NCBI GenBank assembly: GCA_964106645.2
Contig: OZ067039.1
Length of the DNA stretch: 64,000 nt
Strand: one strand, 5' to 3'
Origin: Podarcis pityusensis
Lineage: Eukaryota
Both the position numbers and the translations under genes were made by a program. The notes under the pieces are model-generated. The model was not told where the DNA came from and made no database searches. It saw only the letters and a list, made by a program, of their open reading frames with translations. Shown in pieces: positions 13,243 through 28,150 of the stretch (position 1 is its first letter; each line of letters begins with the position of its first letter).

Positions 13243-14629
13243 TATTGTTATTATTTATTAAATTTATATACCACCCTTCATTTACAGCATAAGAATACCA
13301 AATGAGAACACAAAATATGTAACAACGACGACTAAACCAATAATCCCCCTCCCACAAACACGTATAAAAGGTCATAAATTAAATGTAAGATACACATTTA
13401 GTGCATAGGAAATACTGTCTCTGATTTGAAATCTGCCTTATGCTGCTTTTAAAAAAAGGATGCCCACATGCTTACTGCTGAAATTTGCCAAAAGAGTAAA
13501 ATAAAAAAGAAGACAAAAGACTTAGGGCTTAGGCAGTAGAGTTTCTTCCTGTTAAAATTGTAGGATTGCAGCAATATTTATTATATCTCAGTATCTAAGA
13601 ATGGTTATATATGTTATACATATTAGTATGCGTGTGTGTGTCTGTGTGCGCGCACACACACAATTAAGTTTGTGCTGTTGGGAATCAACTAATGGCACAG
13701 CCAGTGGCCTTAAAATTGTTGCTCATGAGCAATTTTATCATCCTCTCCAATATACTCTGCAGGGCGAAAGGAGTTCTGGTTTCAGTAAATTGATTTCAGT
13801 TGAAGTGCAGTTTAGCTGGAAATAAGTCTCAGTTATTGCACAAGGTGGTTCATCTGTTAATATTTCTCTCTGGCTTATTAAGCAATTCATTATCAGAACA
13901 CTTCAAAAGTAGAAAAATGTGTATTTAATGGGAAACTGTTGATCCTCTTGCCATGGGACTAATATGAGTATGCCAAACCACCACACCTCTACCACATAAC
14001 ATCATTATGAAGACGTGGTTGATGAGAGTCCATCCCATTCTCAATGATTGGAGCCTCACCCTTGCCTGATGCTAATCTCAGCGGAGAGATTGCATTGGCA
14101 ATGCAAAGTGGGATCCTTTTTTAATAGTGTTTTGTAGTACTGCCCTGGGGGTAGAAATACTGAAGGACAGGATATATAAATATAATTACAAACCAACCAA
14201 CTAAACAAACAAACAAACGGAGTTCTGTTTGTAAGTTTTGAATTTATGACTACTTATTTCAGACCATTGTGAGGTTTTGACACATTTCATTGCCTTTTGC
14301 TGTCTATGAAAAACACTAGAGTTGACAACCTTCTTACTGGCATTGCTCCTGTACCTGTATTTTTGCTCTAAAGCAGGACTGGCAGAAATTAAGCATTTGA
14401 CACTTTCCTCAGAACATAGATCTGATGGGAAGCATCACCTGTTCTGTTTCTGCCTGTCATGCAGTTTTTAGGTGCAGCAGTCCTTCCTTTTAAAAAAGTT
14501 GGCAATTAGTAAACATCCATCAAGCAGTATTTATATCCATTGTAACTTATTTTACACAAGGAGGGATATAAATAGATAGCTTCCTTTCCATAGTGGTTGA
14601 ACCACGGCTTTCCCAGGCCTGTTTTTATG

Positions 14630-15056
14630 TAGCAGGTCCCCGCTATCAGAATGCTCATTATCCAAAATCTCAGTTATCCAAACACAAAGAATTATACCAA
14701 ACCTCACTACACAAATGGCTGATTCAGATATCTTGAACAGCCGAGAGTTTGCCCACTTCCTTACTTGTTTGTGTTTTGCTGGTTGGCGGCAGCCATTTTA
14801 AGCAGAAAGCATGGAGGGAGGACGAGAGATCAGACAAATTGGAGAGCTGGAGAGATCAGACAAATCCCCCCCCCCCCCGTTTGACTTCTGCTGATTGGCT
14901 GCAGCAGTCTCAGTCAGAAAGCAGGGAGGGGAGGAAGAACCAACAAATCACGAATTAGATCTGTCCCCATAGGAAATAATGAAAGTCATCAACTTGTTAT
15001 GCAAACACTCGCTTAACAAACAATTTCCTGGGATATTGAAAAGCAGGACCTGCGTG
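14630..15056. mobile_element. Degraded Tigger-like DNA transposon remnant
   Basis: Imperfect inverted ends GCAGGTCCCCGC / GCAGGACCTGC; repeated TTATCCAAA subterminal motifs. Confidence 0.4.
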
Positions 15057-18000
15057 TACTTTTGAATTCGTTTGTGTTAGTCTAATTACATAGTCCCTTA
15101 GCACTGTGTCTGGGATTGCAATAGTGATTCCAGCTCTCTTTCAAGGGGCTGCTTGCATATTACATTTCCCCTGCTGCTCTAGAGTGAAAAGCACTGAACT
15201 GTCTAGAAATGGTGCTGGCTCTGCGCTTTCTCTCTCTCTTATGCCTGTGACATACGTGAAGAACAAGATACTTGATGGCCAAGAGAGCTCCTCTGTTGAA
15301 CGCTGTCAAAAGCCAATAGTTCCGCTCAGTAGTTTTTTTGAAAGAAAACTTTATGAATAGCAATAACTTTATATGATGCTGAGGAAGATAAATGGAGCAT
15401 AAATGGAAAAAGAACTTTACCCTCAGGCCTCGTCGTTTAGCGATTCATAAGCCATTAATCGCCTCATACCCATCAAGTACATTTGTCACTTGAATAGGCT
15501 CCGGGGTACTTGTGAGTGGAGCTTGGCAAACTAATTACAGTGCTAATGTAATTACACATAAATGGAATGCAAGTGTATGTGTGTAAGAGACAAGAGAAGG
15601 AGATTGGCCGCATAACCAACGAGCGTTCCCGTTCATGCAGGCATCGCATATAATTCTTGCTTACTGTTTAAAAGCCCCAGTGGAGCTCCAGTCTTCTGCT
15701 CACCTTCAGAACTAAGCGAAGCCAGCCAGGAGATGGAAGAGGTTTTTCAGCAACTCTGTCCCATTTCTTGTGGGTTCAGCTGGCGGTATCACTAACAATG
15801 AAAAATTTACAGTCTTCATTGGCCAGAGGGAAAAGGCTGTAACAGAAGGCGTAGGGTAAGGATACAGTTGCAGGCATAAGAAGTTTGTTTCCACTTTGAA
15901 TTAAATAGGCACTCTCTCAGTGCTTTTGTCAACTCTGGCTTGGTGTTACATTTCTTTTGAAAACCCTCTCCGTACCTTCTTCACCTTTGTCCTGCTCTAT
16001 GAAAGGAGAACAGTTCGGACCCAATGCTAAGCCATAGTTTGTTTAAACCACGGTTTGTGAAGAAGTAGGGTTCCACTCACAGACAAACAAAGGAACAGTG
16101 GTTTATTTCATTTGAGGTTGGTTTCTTGTCCCCCTGCCTCTTTTTAGCATTTCAGGCCTAGCTTCTGTTACAGAGTTTTTATTGGGAGTAGTGACTTTCT
16201 TATTTCTTCTTATACAAGTGTTCATATTCCTGTTTAACTGCTGAGTTGAACGATGCAACCTCTGTAGGCCTACTTCTTCAGAGAGGTGGCTAAATACTAC
16301 TAGATTATAGTACATTCTCTGGAATTCCATTTGCACCTCCTATCTATTCCACAGGTTGACAAAGATCCTTACCTTTTCCTTGTTCCAGTCTTTGACTGCA
16401 TGCATGTGGGGTGCCAATTGCTGTGAAATCCTTGTATCCTTAGCAGCAGCAGAGGGAGTCTATGAGAGAAAGTCTTGTCTGCCGTAGCTGTGGCATAGAC
16501 ACTGACCTCTCCGTGTGTTTTAGGTCCCAAGAATACCAATTTAGATTACACATATTAAGAAGTTTATTCACCTTCCAAGGAAACATGAAGAAGTACCAGG
16601 TGTGTGTATGGGTTTTTTATTGTCCTTTACTGGACAATACCTGTCACATGCTCTTCATAGCCTTGATACATAGGGTCCAGCATGACTGCCTCAAGGGAGC
16701 ATTCATGCTTGGGCTGCTTGGGTCCATGGAAATGGCTTTCTGGAGTCACTCTTCGGTCAACAATGTACTAAGTACAGAGGATTCGCAAATGTGGCTTTCC
16801 CAGAAGCAGAGCTGCAAAAAGCACTTGAGTGTGGAGGAACAAAGGTTGGCGTTGTCTGCTTCCTTCGTGTGGGTTTTTGCATTGGTTTTTAAAATGGGAT
16901 AAGTTGCTAAGAGCAAAATTATGCTTTTATTATGCGTTCCTGGATAGATGTTAGGAAAATGGCCCAACGTTTTTCTCAGGTTTTTTCTTCCCACAGGCGT
17001 GCTGCAGAGCTAGGCTGGAGAGAGAGGGCTAGTCAGCAAGGAGGTTTGTGGAGGAAGAAGCCTGCTGTCAGGTAGAGTGAGGACAAGGTGCAGAAAACGT
17101 TGCCCCGTACCTCTGTAACCATGCGAAGTGAATGGCTGGGATGGAGATTTGGGGGGAAAACTAGGATGAAGTCAAGATAGTCTGATCAGATATGACACCA
17201 AACCATGGTTAATGCAAGTCAGGATTGCCATGGTTTCAGATTATGGTTTGTTGGTTCCCAATAAACCATACAAACCATAGCTAATTCGTTGGGAAGCGAG
17301 TTGAGAAGTGGAAATAAAACCACAGTTAAGCTAAACAAACCATGGCTTAGCATTAACTTGAAACATAGATTCATAGCAAAGGCACTGCCATAATTGCTGT
17401 TCTACTTAATATCTGTACTGTCTCTGCCTCAGATTTAATGTATGGGCATTAAGAAAAATGTGGTCACTTACAGTAGACTATTTGTTGTCCTCCACCTTAG
17501 TTTACCTGTTAGGCTGCATAAAAGAAAAAAGAAAAGAGAAGGCAGGAATCATGCAAACTAGGGCTTCCAAATATTGAAACTTGTTTGCTTGACTGGCTTT
17601 GAATTACTTAACAGTTGGTTGACATAGAAATAATTGGTTTACATTGAAATAAATACATGTTTTTTCTCAGCACAGGTGTCATTTAGGTTATTTGTAGAAT
17701 GGAAGTGCTGATTTCTCATTTAATAGCACAGCAGAATAATTTGTTTAGACAGACCTTGCTTCAACTTGAATGGATTGTTCAGTTAATGCTTTCAGTCCTA
17801 TGAAAGAATACTTCCAATAATATATAAACAAAGAATCCTCAAGCTAGCTAGCTTTGTCACATCTGGACTGTAATACACACTTCGGCTTCTGTAGCAGTGA
17901 AGAACAAGTAGAAAGGCACTTGTTTTCCAAAGCATAACTGGATCCTGAAATGGTTGATGAACTGACTTGTTCTCCTCCAGCTGATGGAAAGCATTCCAGT

Positions 18001-19035
18001 CGCTTCAGGGCTAGGGTCCTCCTCCTCCCGTTTTCCAGAGGCATGGCCCTTCAACTTTTGTTGATCCAGAAGGGAATGGATCTCCCTCCGTGTTCCCATG
18101 TTGGACCTGCCTAATGTCAGAAATACAGAGTCTTGTCAGAGCTCCAGAGAAATTTACAGTCCTCCCCAAAAGGATAACTTTGATCTTTTACCCAGCCTGT
18201 CATGAATTAGGCAGGGCAAGTGCAAGGGAAATGGAACATTAGTCCATTTGGTACCTCTTTGCTCCCTCTTACAACTGGGCGGTGGGAGTGCACAACAGTG
18301 TCTGCAGGTTCTGTGGGTGGAATGAGCATCTGGGGGCAGAAAGGTAAGGACAGCAAAGGGATTGCAGCCTAGACCACAGAGGTATTTTGGTGTAGAACAC
18401 TCCGTTTTCTCTTCTCACTGCCATCCCCCCACATCACTGCTCAGCAATGGCATGATATAGGCTCTGCTCCTTTGGTGGGGGGGGGGGGAGGGCGGCCTGA
18501 TCAAAGGGGCCTTCCCCAGCCATTCCTTACCCTGGTCTTCACTCAGACAAGAAGGGAAAAGGGAATAGAAGCAGCTCCCCAGGAAGAGGCAGAGAGAGAG
18601 AGAGGCACTGCAAGAGCTACAACAGGTTTTCTAGCATTGTGATCCTACTCAGTCCTCAGAGAAAAGGCATGTGTCGTGGTCAGAAACCTGCCAGGATTTG
18701 ATTATCTAAATGCACATAGCCTCTCCTTCCTTGACTCAGGATCTCGATTAGGGAAAAGGCTTACCATTTTAAAGGGTGCTGATATGCATACTCAAGCTCT
18801 CGCTGGACAATGCTTCTTTATACTGCCATCTTCAGTATAAGCCAGTAGCTATAAAACCCCTCTCAAAAAGTTTTCTGTGTGTACTGTGCCATGAAGCAGT
18901 ATATACTAAGACTGTGTACCAGCCACAAGCTTCAACCTGTACCTGTAGCTTTGGGAAGCAACCCATCTGTTTTAGCAACTTTTATGTCTTTTCAGCTCAA
19001 CACATTATTTGAGACCAGATAGAACTGTTAGAAAA

Positions 19036-19092
19036 ATTGCCAGAATCTGTTGCTTTCTTTCCATTGCCAGAATCTGTTGCTTTCTTTCCATT
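19036..19092. repeat. Perfect 27-bp tandem duplication
   Basis: attgccagaatctgttgctttctttcc twice. Confidence 0.95.
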
Positions 19093-20204
19093 CACTACAA
19101 TGGAAGATTGCAGACATAAGAGCCTCTCCAGAATGGATTAAGCCAGCAAAATTGTAGGCAACTGATTAATTTTTTTATTTTTTAAAATGGGGTTTCTGTT
19201 CCCCATAACATATTTTTGCAGATACAGAAAGAGAGAGCTTTCTATCAACTATGCTTCACTTTTCCTTTTTTCTTTTTTTTAAAAAGCCACCCAGGTCTAC
19301 CTGGGACTTTAGGAAGTTCCTGATCCATTGCTTTGTTAACAGCACAATCCAACTACAAACTATGAAAACATCACCCAAATCACCCCTATTTGCCTTATAA
19401 TTTGGGAAGTACACAGAGTCAATGCATGCTTCCTATTATAGATCAAATTTAGATTCTGTAAGCATCCTGTAGTCATCCATGAGGTTTGCCAACAGCAAAA
19501 CTGGTACTGTTAGGTTTCTCTGCATGTTCTAGCGTAACTATTCTAGCATTTGAAAGCCCTAGCAGGGAATTGTGTTGTCTGGCTGGCTGAATCCCAGACT
19601 GACATAGACATGCAAGATGCCAATCCAGATCCTTGCCTAAACTTGTCAGGCCAAGCAAAACAGCATGAAAATGGATGGCTCTTTGAGACGCTCTTTATGT
19701 TGCCCAGGTGTCCAAGCACATTGTAGATCTGCATGTTTTCTGAGCCAATTACTCCTTGCCAAAATCCAGATAGTGGTATCTGAATAAATTGTTCAAATCA
19801 CATACACCTTATTCTCTCTACAATGTTTAACTCTCCCTTCTCCCTCTTTCTTTTAATATTGTGCCTATCCTTGGTCTTCTGCACAGCTGTTAACACAAAA
19901 CTGCTCAGATTTCTGCATTATTTTCCATAATTTATTCTGTGTACAACCTTAAGTTTTTCAAAGAATTGACAAGAGGTGGGGAAACAGAAATGAGTAAAGA
20001 GAGAGAAAGGACTGGATACTGAGACCTAAACGCTTGTGAAGGGGTGTGTACTGGGAATAGCTACAGGCCAAAGAGAATAGAGAACCAAAGTCCCAGCTCT
20101 CAATCACTGGCAGTGCTTCACCCAATGCTACAAAAAACCAGCTTCTTTCTACTTAATAGCTTTAACTAGGAAGTAACTACTTGTATCATAATCATACCCT
20201 AGAT

Positions 20205-20427
20205 CAGTTGCTCCCAACCTTTTTTGGCCATGTCCCACGTAAGCATCTCTAAAATCTGATGCCTTCCCCCCATGAGATATAATTCTTACTATTTAAAAAG
20301 TGAGCTATTCACATGGAGGAAGCCTAAAATGAGTTATTAACTATTAATAACTCATTCTCGAATTTCCACCCCCTTAAAAATCAAATTGCCCCCCTGTGGG
20401 GTGTGTACCCCACATTGGGAACCATGG
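20205..20427. mobile_element. hAT MITE
   Basis: Degenerate TIRs CAGTTGCTCCCAAC / TTGGGAACCATGG; 8-bp flanks ccctagat/tcctagac. Confidence 0.65.
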
Positions 20428-20559
20428 TCCTAGACCCAAGCCCAGGAGGGGGTGACATTTCAGGGTCAGGACATCCTGGACTGCAGGCCTGTTACCATGA
20501 AGAAGAATAAAAGAGGCTAAATTGCCAGATTTAATTATCTGTAACTATATGGGGTATCT

Positions 20560-20926
20560 GGACGCTGGTGGCACTGTGGTCTAAACCACTGAGCCTAGGG
20601 CTTGCCGATCAGAAGGTCAGCGGTTCGAATCCCCGCGACGGGGTGAGCTCCCGTTGCTCGGTCCCAGCTCCTGCCAACCTAGCAATTAGAAAGCACATCA
20701 AAGTGCAAGTAGATAAATAGGTGGGAAGGTAAACTCCGGTGGGAAGGTAAACAGCATTTCCAGGCTTCCCTGGTTCACCAGAAGCGGCTTAGTCATGCTG
20801 GCCACATGACCTGGAAGCTGTACGCCGGCTCCCTCAGCCAGTAAAGCGAGATGAATGCCGCAACCCCAGAGTCGTTCACGACTGGACCTGATAGTCAGGG
20901 GTCCCTTTACCTTTACCTTTACCTTT
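20560..20926 (+). mobile_element. Sauria SINE, full length
   Basis: tRNA-like head with A box and B box GGTTCGAATCC; (ACCTTT)n tail; 14-bp TSD tatatggggtatct/tatatgggctatct. Confidence 0.92.
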
Positions 20927-23900
20927 TATATGGGCTATCTACTAAAGGTGCATCATATATATCCACACTTTTACAGGGCTATGCATACCTTGAAAAAAAT
21001 TGGGGTGGGGATATTTGGAGACCTGGGGAGGAAATGGCAAAATTCTTACACCTTTTTAGGCTCTCCTTTAGGTTACTGGCTCTGTAGAGCAAACACACAA
21101 ACAAACAAACAAAACATGCTTATAGATGAAATTCTAGAATTTGTGGTTTGAGACACAAGAGAGTCCTGTGCCACTCTGTGTGACATGCTGTCTCAAGAGC
21201 GACAAGCCCCAAAGAGTTCCTGCTGGCATTTCCTAGTTTGAGGCACCAACAGGGTCTGGCAGCAGGAGGGTGGAACAAGCACTACAATAATCAAGGGCAT
21301 TAACATCACAGGGAAAGTGGGAGTCCATGTTGCCAGTAGGATTTATAAGCCCCAGGACATATGTGGCTTCCAAATCCTGGCTTGCTTGGAAGCCGTTGAC
21401 CTTAGTTTCAGAGATGTACATAGGGTCCCTTGCATCCTTGCAAGGAGCTGATACAGCACCCACCCATCCGCCTAAAAATACCACTTTACTGCACACTTTT
21501 GTGCCATGGTGCAGGAAGGACTGGAAGCTCCTCCTGCATTTAAATTCACTGCGACAGCGGCGGCATGCCACCACACACATACATCGTACACTCCATAGTC
21601 TGAAAGGTGATTTCTTCCCCCTCCCTGGGCCTGCGCCCCCCAGCAGGGGCCAGTTTCACAAACCCCCGGGTACGTCTCTGCTTAGTTTCCAGTACACATA
21701 TGGCAGTAAGCTATGGTAAACTTCACTTCCTACTTCGTTTTGTCCACTCACATGAAGGAAGGAGTGAAGCAGCAGCAAGGGGGTTCTGTGTACTTGCATG
21801 AATTTCCATTCATTCATTGAAAACATGTACCTCCTGCTCTGCAACTGGAAAAGCTCCCAATTAAACAACTAGCAAACCAGGCTTTCAATACATGACGAAA
21901 AGAAAAGGGGATGGGAAGCAAAGAGGAACAGAAGCTCAACCTATTATTCTGTTTATTTTGCAGTCTGGATCCAATCTTTACACTATCTTGCAGTTGTTAC
22001 TTTTCTGCCTGTATTAAGAGAAACCTTTTATTCCTCCCCTCTTTTGATCCTCACATTCAGTTCATCACATCATTGTCCCAGGGGTCATGGCCAGAGGTTA
22101 GGGTGCACCACCTTAGAGATCAACAGGAAGCTCATTGGATAGGAGCACCTGCAGAAGAGCCTTTGAAGATAGCTTACATTGATTGGTCAGATGTAACCAG
22201 TGTATTTGGTCTCAAGGGGAGTTCATAGAAGAATGGATCTGAGTGATGGGGAGCAATGTCTAAAGGGCGTTTGTTATTTGCGTAAAATTAATATGTATGC
22301 TCGTCATATTCTCATGTCTGGCAGTCATGCAGCCAGAAACATAAGAAACTTAAACAAAGGGACCTAAAAAGCCGAAAGGACACCAATCAATGCTCTAATA
22401 TTTCAAAATAGGAAAAAAGGAAGCAGATCTGTGTTACAACTTTGTATTGGGTGCAGAGGAATAATTATTGGGCCCTGAATATGCGCTACAGGAGTGTAAG
22501 TTGTGATTAGCCAATTGTGTTTACACTACTGATTTTGCACTGAATGCAATGTGTGCATATTGCAGATAAATCACAGCATCATTCTGTACCATGAACATAT
22601 GGTGTGAACCATAACTGAAAATCACTTTTATGATCCTGCTTATGAATAAGATAATCTGTATTGCTCTACAAATTTAGTTAGGTGGTTGTAATTGTGTACT
22701 TTTGATTTAATTGTGGTCATCTAACCTGTTTTCTTTTGCATATTCATCATTTATTTATTGATTTAGATTTCAGTTGGGAAAATATGATGCAAATATCCTT
22801 AGCAAAATAAAATGTGTAGCAGCAAGAGTGTCTTGCAAATATAGCACTTCTCAAAGTACCCCTCTGAGACACCCTGCTTATTCAGTGTTTTTAAAGGTAA
22901 GAGCTATGGTGCTCTAGTTAGCCTCATTGTACATGCTCAATGCCAGACTGTTCCATTGAACAGTGGGGTTGCATTCCTATTGGCCTTGAAAAAGTGTTGG
23001 AATGGGGAAAAAAAAAACAACCCTCAAAGAAGAAGTTGGGTGAGAATGAAGGCTTGGTGAAATTTTAACATTTGTAGATTTTCCTGCTTTAGTTGCTAGT
23101 TTTTATTTATTTATTTGTATCTTTTTAAAAACTGTATATCATCTCTCTCCCATTATCAACATCTTAGCTAATTAACAAAATATCAATAAAATGTCCAAAG
23201 AACAATTATTAAAAAACAAATAATCACGTGACTAAGGTAGCAGCCAGAAATTACTTTTGCTAACAAGATGCGTTTGGTATAATTTCAAAGTAAAGATTCC
23301 TGCTGTGGATCAGCCACTGACAGGATCACATTACTAGCTATTGTTACTGAGAAATCTGGTATAATGAGAATAAAAAGCAAACTAAGACATACAAAAAGTA
23401 AGCAGACCACCCCACTTTAGCATATCAGCTGACTAGGGAAAACAAAGAACCACTACCACAAAAAGGGGTCGATTTTAAGAGTGCAAGAAAAAAAATATTT
23501 ATAAAATACAGTTAACATAAATACCAAAAAATACAAAACAAATTAATTTTTCACTTTTTGTAGCGTTTGTGAATGCCCCCTCCCTTTTAAATTTTATGCA
23601 GGGGTGTAAAGCAAACTAATAAACACATTGTGAGCAGTTGCCATTACTGTTAAAGTGGATCAGTTTTCACAAGCTTATTTGCATCAAAGCATTCTTTTTA
23701 AAAGTTCAAACAACAGAGAACATCCTTGCAAGACATAAATGTTGATACTGCCAAAGCAAATTATTGGCACTGGTTTGACTGATCTCATCCCTCTTTACTA
23801 CCCACTGTTTGCCACTTTAATGGACACATCTTTTTGTTACTAACTGTGACACATAAACTCAGCCTTCAGAACCAAAAGCAGCTTTCTGAACAAGACCTTG

Positions 23901-24327
23901 TTTTACCAATCCATTTGTCTATTCAACACTATAAAGTGTTTCTTTTATGTGCAATGGCCTTGTGAAAATACCCTTTATAGGTAGTTACTTATGTAGCTCA
24001 GGTACAATGGCAGGTACTCCAGGGAGTTGATTCCAGGGCTTTAAAGCAAGACTGGTTAACAGAACAGTCATAGTCCACAAAGGGAGCAGGATTGTTGTTT
24101 CTTTAAGTAGGCACCAATTATAGTCAAGGGAGGCAAGGATTCTTTTCTATGCCCAGCTTTGGCACATATTTCGATTGGGCTAAGGTGATGAGGCTCTGTC
24201 AACGATGTGCTCCTTTTGCGTCGGTTGTGCTGCAGTTAAACATAACACCCACCCTTTCTCACTGCGACAAAGTTTGAGAACCCTTGACATTAAAGTAATT
24301 TGAGCGTTGTTGTTTTTGGTCTTTTAG

Positions 24328-24539
24328 AAAAGCCAGAAATGGATGAATTCACCTTGGAAAGAGTACTGGAGGAGCTGGAGACGCTGTGCTATGAGAACAT
24401 GAACGTTGCCATCGAGACAGAAGAAGGTCTCGGCATAGAGTACGATGAGGATGTCGTGTGTGACGTGTGCCGCTCGCCAGAAGGAGAGGATGGCAACGAG
24501 ATGGTTTTCTGTGACAAATGCAACGTCTGCGTGCACCAG
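24328..24539 (+). CDS. JADE2: JADE2 coding exon, start of PHD1 ([52 protein letters not shown])
   Basis: Acceptor cttttag|AA and donor CAG|gtgagt; 212 nt. The peptide matches JADE2 ([36 protein letters not shown]) as I recall it. Confidence 0.97.
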
Positions 24540-27500
24540 GTGAGTAGCATTTCTCACTTTGCTGAGGCAGTACAGCCCCCACCCCCAGAAGACTTAGTTG
24601 CCTGGCACACACCAGAACCAAGAATGACAGCCATCCTCCATCCATTACTGCCGTGGTTTGTCACGTCCTCTCATGACATGGGAAAGTTTGGGCTTTTCTT
24701 CACAGTTAGCATGTGCACTGAGACAGCAGTCTTGCCTCAGAGGTAAGAGAGAGGAATCACTGTGCTAGGGAATAGAGGATGCCTCCAAACTCGTCCTGCC
24801 TGCCTTTTGCATTTCTTATTTATGTTCTTCATATGTTATTTCTCCCTGCATTTTGTTTTGTATTGTATTGTGTTCACATTATTGCTTACCATGATATTGG
24901 AGGAAAAAGAGACTTCCTTCAGGCCCACCTGAACATAGGCTTAAGTAAATTCACACATGCCTGTGTTGACCAATAGCTTACGCTGGTATAAAAACAGTAA
25001 TATAATGGGTATAAGGCATGGGGCTAAGTTCTTAAGTTTCGCCCCATGATTTCCTTCCCCTTTTTTACTCAAGTATAGTTGAATCTGGTATATCTTTAAC
25101 TACTCATTTACATGCTCTTTTGTAACAAAGTGCTGGTTGATGATTTAATGGCCTTGACTGAGCTGAATATGGCTGTGACTAAGAGAGGATCTTGGATAAG
25201 TCGCTCGCATTCAATTTAATAGACAAATACGTAGCAAATATCCTATACAGGTCTGTCCAGTCAAGTTTCCCGACTGTCCTTTAGAAGGAAAGAAAATCCA
25301 TTGAAGGCCATTGAAGTCAGGCCATCAATAGTGTGAACCTGACTCTGGGATGTTCTGTGTAATCATAGGTAGCTTCCTTTAGGCAGAGACAACAGGCTTT
25401 CCCCTCTTTCTCTTTTGGCGGAGTTTCAGTGCTGTCACTTGCTAGCAGGATTTGCACCACAGCATTTTGGGATTTAGGAAAAGAGTTGTTGAGGAGGACA
25501 CAGGGCACAGCTTCCATCACTGGTGTCCATTTCCTAGTGGATCACAGTTATGCAAGTCTTTGATACGTTAAAAGTAAAACATTATCATATCTTCCAGAGA
25601 TTACTCTTAGGATGTTACAAGACTAGCATTACAAAGAGGAGTCAACTCTAGTACAAAAGGTGCATGTCCTTAAATAGAACATGGAAATGAAATGTGGTAT
25701 TTCTACAGAAGTAGCCTCATGTATATGGAAAAAGTAGTCAGCATCATAGTGCTAGGAAGGCTATGGGCTTCTAACTTTTCCTTTCCAGTGAGTCTTCTTT
25801 TGTTTTTTGTTCCCTGCCCTCTTCATGTCTATAACAACTCCTCACTTATATGACCAGCCTCTTGTCACTTTTTTTCTGCTTCCGTGTGTTGTGACACAGT
25901 ATAAGATGCTTTAAACACCCCCCCCCATGAGTTCTAATGCCAAGGAGGCCCAGGAATCATAAAGATTTCTTACACAGCAGAATATAGTGTGGGCAGGCTA
26001 TATACCTGGGATGATCCAATATAATGGAAGAAAAGGGTTTCGATAACTCTTTAAGTGTTGTGTACATGAAAGAATTTCAGAACATGCTCCCCCCCCCCCC
26101 GATCAACTATATACAACAAGCTGCACCTGTCAGACAGCTGCAGAAGTTCACTTCTCCTTTGTATCTGTTTACCCTCATCCAGACAAATTCTTCCCTGGTT
26201 TATGTGCTTAAGCAATAAATTTATGCAAAAAGACACAGAAGTGGTCCCTTGTGAGGTTTTTTATTTGTTTGTTGGTTTTGTCTAATTGCTTCATTTGTCG
26301 ATTTCACAATTTCCCCCAATACATTCAGCAGCTACAATTTTAAAGAGAAGTCCAGCAGGCGCAGCTATATTTCCATGGTAGAAAAAAGTTCCTGGTGTTG
26401 AACTTTTGTCTGTCTTACATGGGACAGAGCCTTTGTCAGAAAAACGATGGTGCTTAATGCACCTCATTGGAGAGTTTCACGCTGTGTTAAGAAGCAAGCA
26501 TTTCTTCTCTCCCTCAAGGCTTGGGCTCATGATTGAATTCCTCCAGGAAGGCAGGAATTGCTATGTCAGACTGGCTGCATCCTGAGCAGTGGCAACCAGC
26601 AACCCCAGTCCCTTCTGTAGCCTCTTTAAGACATTGCAGTAAATTGAAATATGGCTTACCAAAACCATACAACTGAGCTGGCTCTCAGAAAGAAGCTTTC
26701 ATCCACTTTGCTCCTCCTCAGTCCTTTTAGCAGTGCTACAGGTCATGGTTAACAAGGCGAGGCCTTAACTAGGATCCTGGGTTCAGACATTCTGCTCAGC
26801 CAAACCTTGACTTAGCTGCCCCACCATAAAAGGACCAGGGAAGAGCAAAGCAGGTGCAAGCTCATAGTTTGCTTTATCATGACATGCAAACCACATGCAG
26901 ACGAGGAAGGCATGCCTTTCAGTTGCCCGCAAAGTGTGTCACCAGCAGTTTTTGCGCACGCTAAAATTTTACGACCTTATTTTGGCCCTCTACCAAAAAG
27001 CGGGTGAGAAAACTTTGCCTTTAAAAAACAACAACAGTCATATGAATTTCAAAATTGGAACTAGGTAGGGGTGCTGAGAGCTAGTCTTTGAAGGAAATAC
27101 ATTTTTGTTTGGTTCATTAGTACCCTTTGCTACTTCTTTGGGTGCAGCTTGTGTGTGCCCCCCCCCTTTGCAAACAAGCATGCTGTTGATCTCAGTGTAG
27201 GGATGCAAATGACAGGTGAATTTGAAGCCAGTTGATTATAGATTCCTCTTTGCTCCTAAGGATTTCTTCTTACTCCATTCTCTCTGGCACAGTTAAATCA
27301 AAGCTGTTTAAACACTGTGCTTCCAAGACACATGAGCTCAGAATGAAGAAAATGGATATTGGATTTTCTTTAAAAGTCCATAATGTGATTCACACACTAA
27401 CCCACAAGTGAACTAACCTGGAAGGAAGAACACAACAATCTGGGACACATTGTGAATTTTAAGGAGCTTATAGTTAAAGATTGCAAACAGCTGCAGGAAA

Positions 27501-27810
27501 GAGCACAAATTCTACCTTTTCCAAGAGGAACTTTAAATTGTGCATCAACTGCCGTCTTGCCACACACGTCAGATCAATTAAATGAATAAGTCAGTAGCTG
27601 GTTTTGGATTACCTTTAGGCTTTAAAATTTACCACCTACAGAGGGACCTGCTAATGAGGCAATGAGCTTTTAACGTCTAATGTATTCATTCCAGTATTGG
27701 TAGCCCACACTGATGGGCTTGAGCTGTAGCTTGTGTGGAAATGAACCGGAGGTGTTACTCTTTCAACAAGAGTGCCTTGGTGACTTTCAGGGTGGCTTGA
27801 ATTCAACATG

Positions 27811-28150
27811 AACATAAGGAATTGCTCTTTACTGAGTCAAACTGGTCCATTTACGCTGGGGGAGGGAGAACCTGTGACCCTCCAGATATTATTGGACTCC
27901 AGCTTCCATCAGCCCCAGCCTGCATGACCAATAGTCTGGGACAATGAGAGTTGTAGTCCAGTAAGATTGGGGTGGGGAATCTAACCCAAGAGTGTATGCT
28001 CAGACTGGAAGCATCATTCTCCAAGGCTTCAAGCAGGTCTCGGGCTTCTTTAATCTTGCTAACTTGAAATGCAAACATACTCCCTCCCCCCCATTTTTTA
28101 AACCAGGAGGTGCCAGGGCTTGAACCTGGGACCTGCTGTATGTGACAAAA
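27811..28150 (-). mobile_element. Old tRNA-derived SINE interrupted by a palindromic MITE (about 27857-27975)
   Basis: Reverse B box GGGCTTGAACCTGGGACC near 28115-28133; CR1-like tail AACATAAGGA; similar to 9212-9395. Confidence 0.55.

Noticed and set aside
20560-20640. tRNA-like A/B boxes
   Set aside because: These are SINE heads, not tRNA genes; they continue into the Sauria SINE body and tail.
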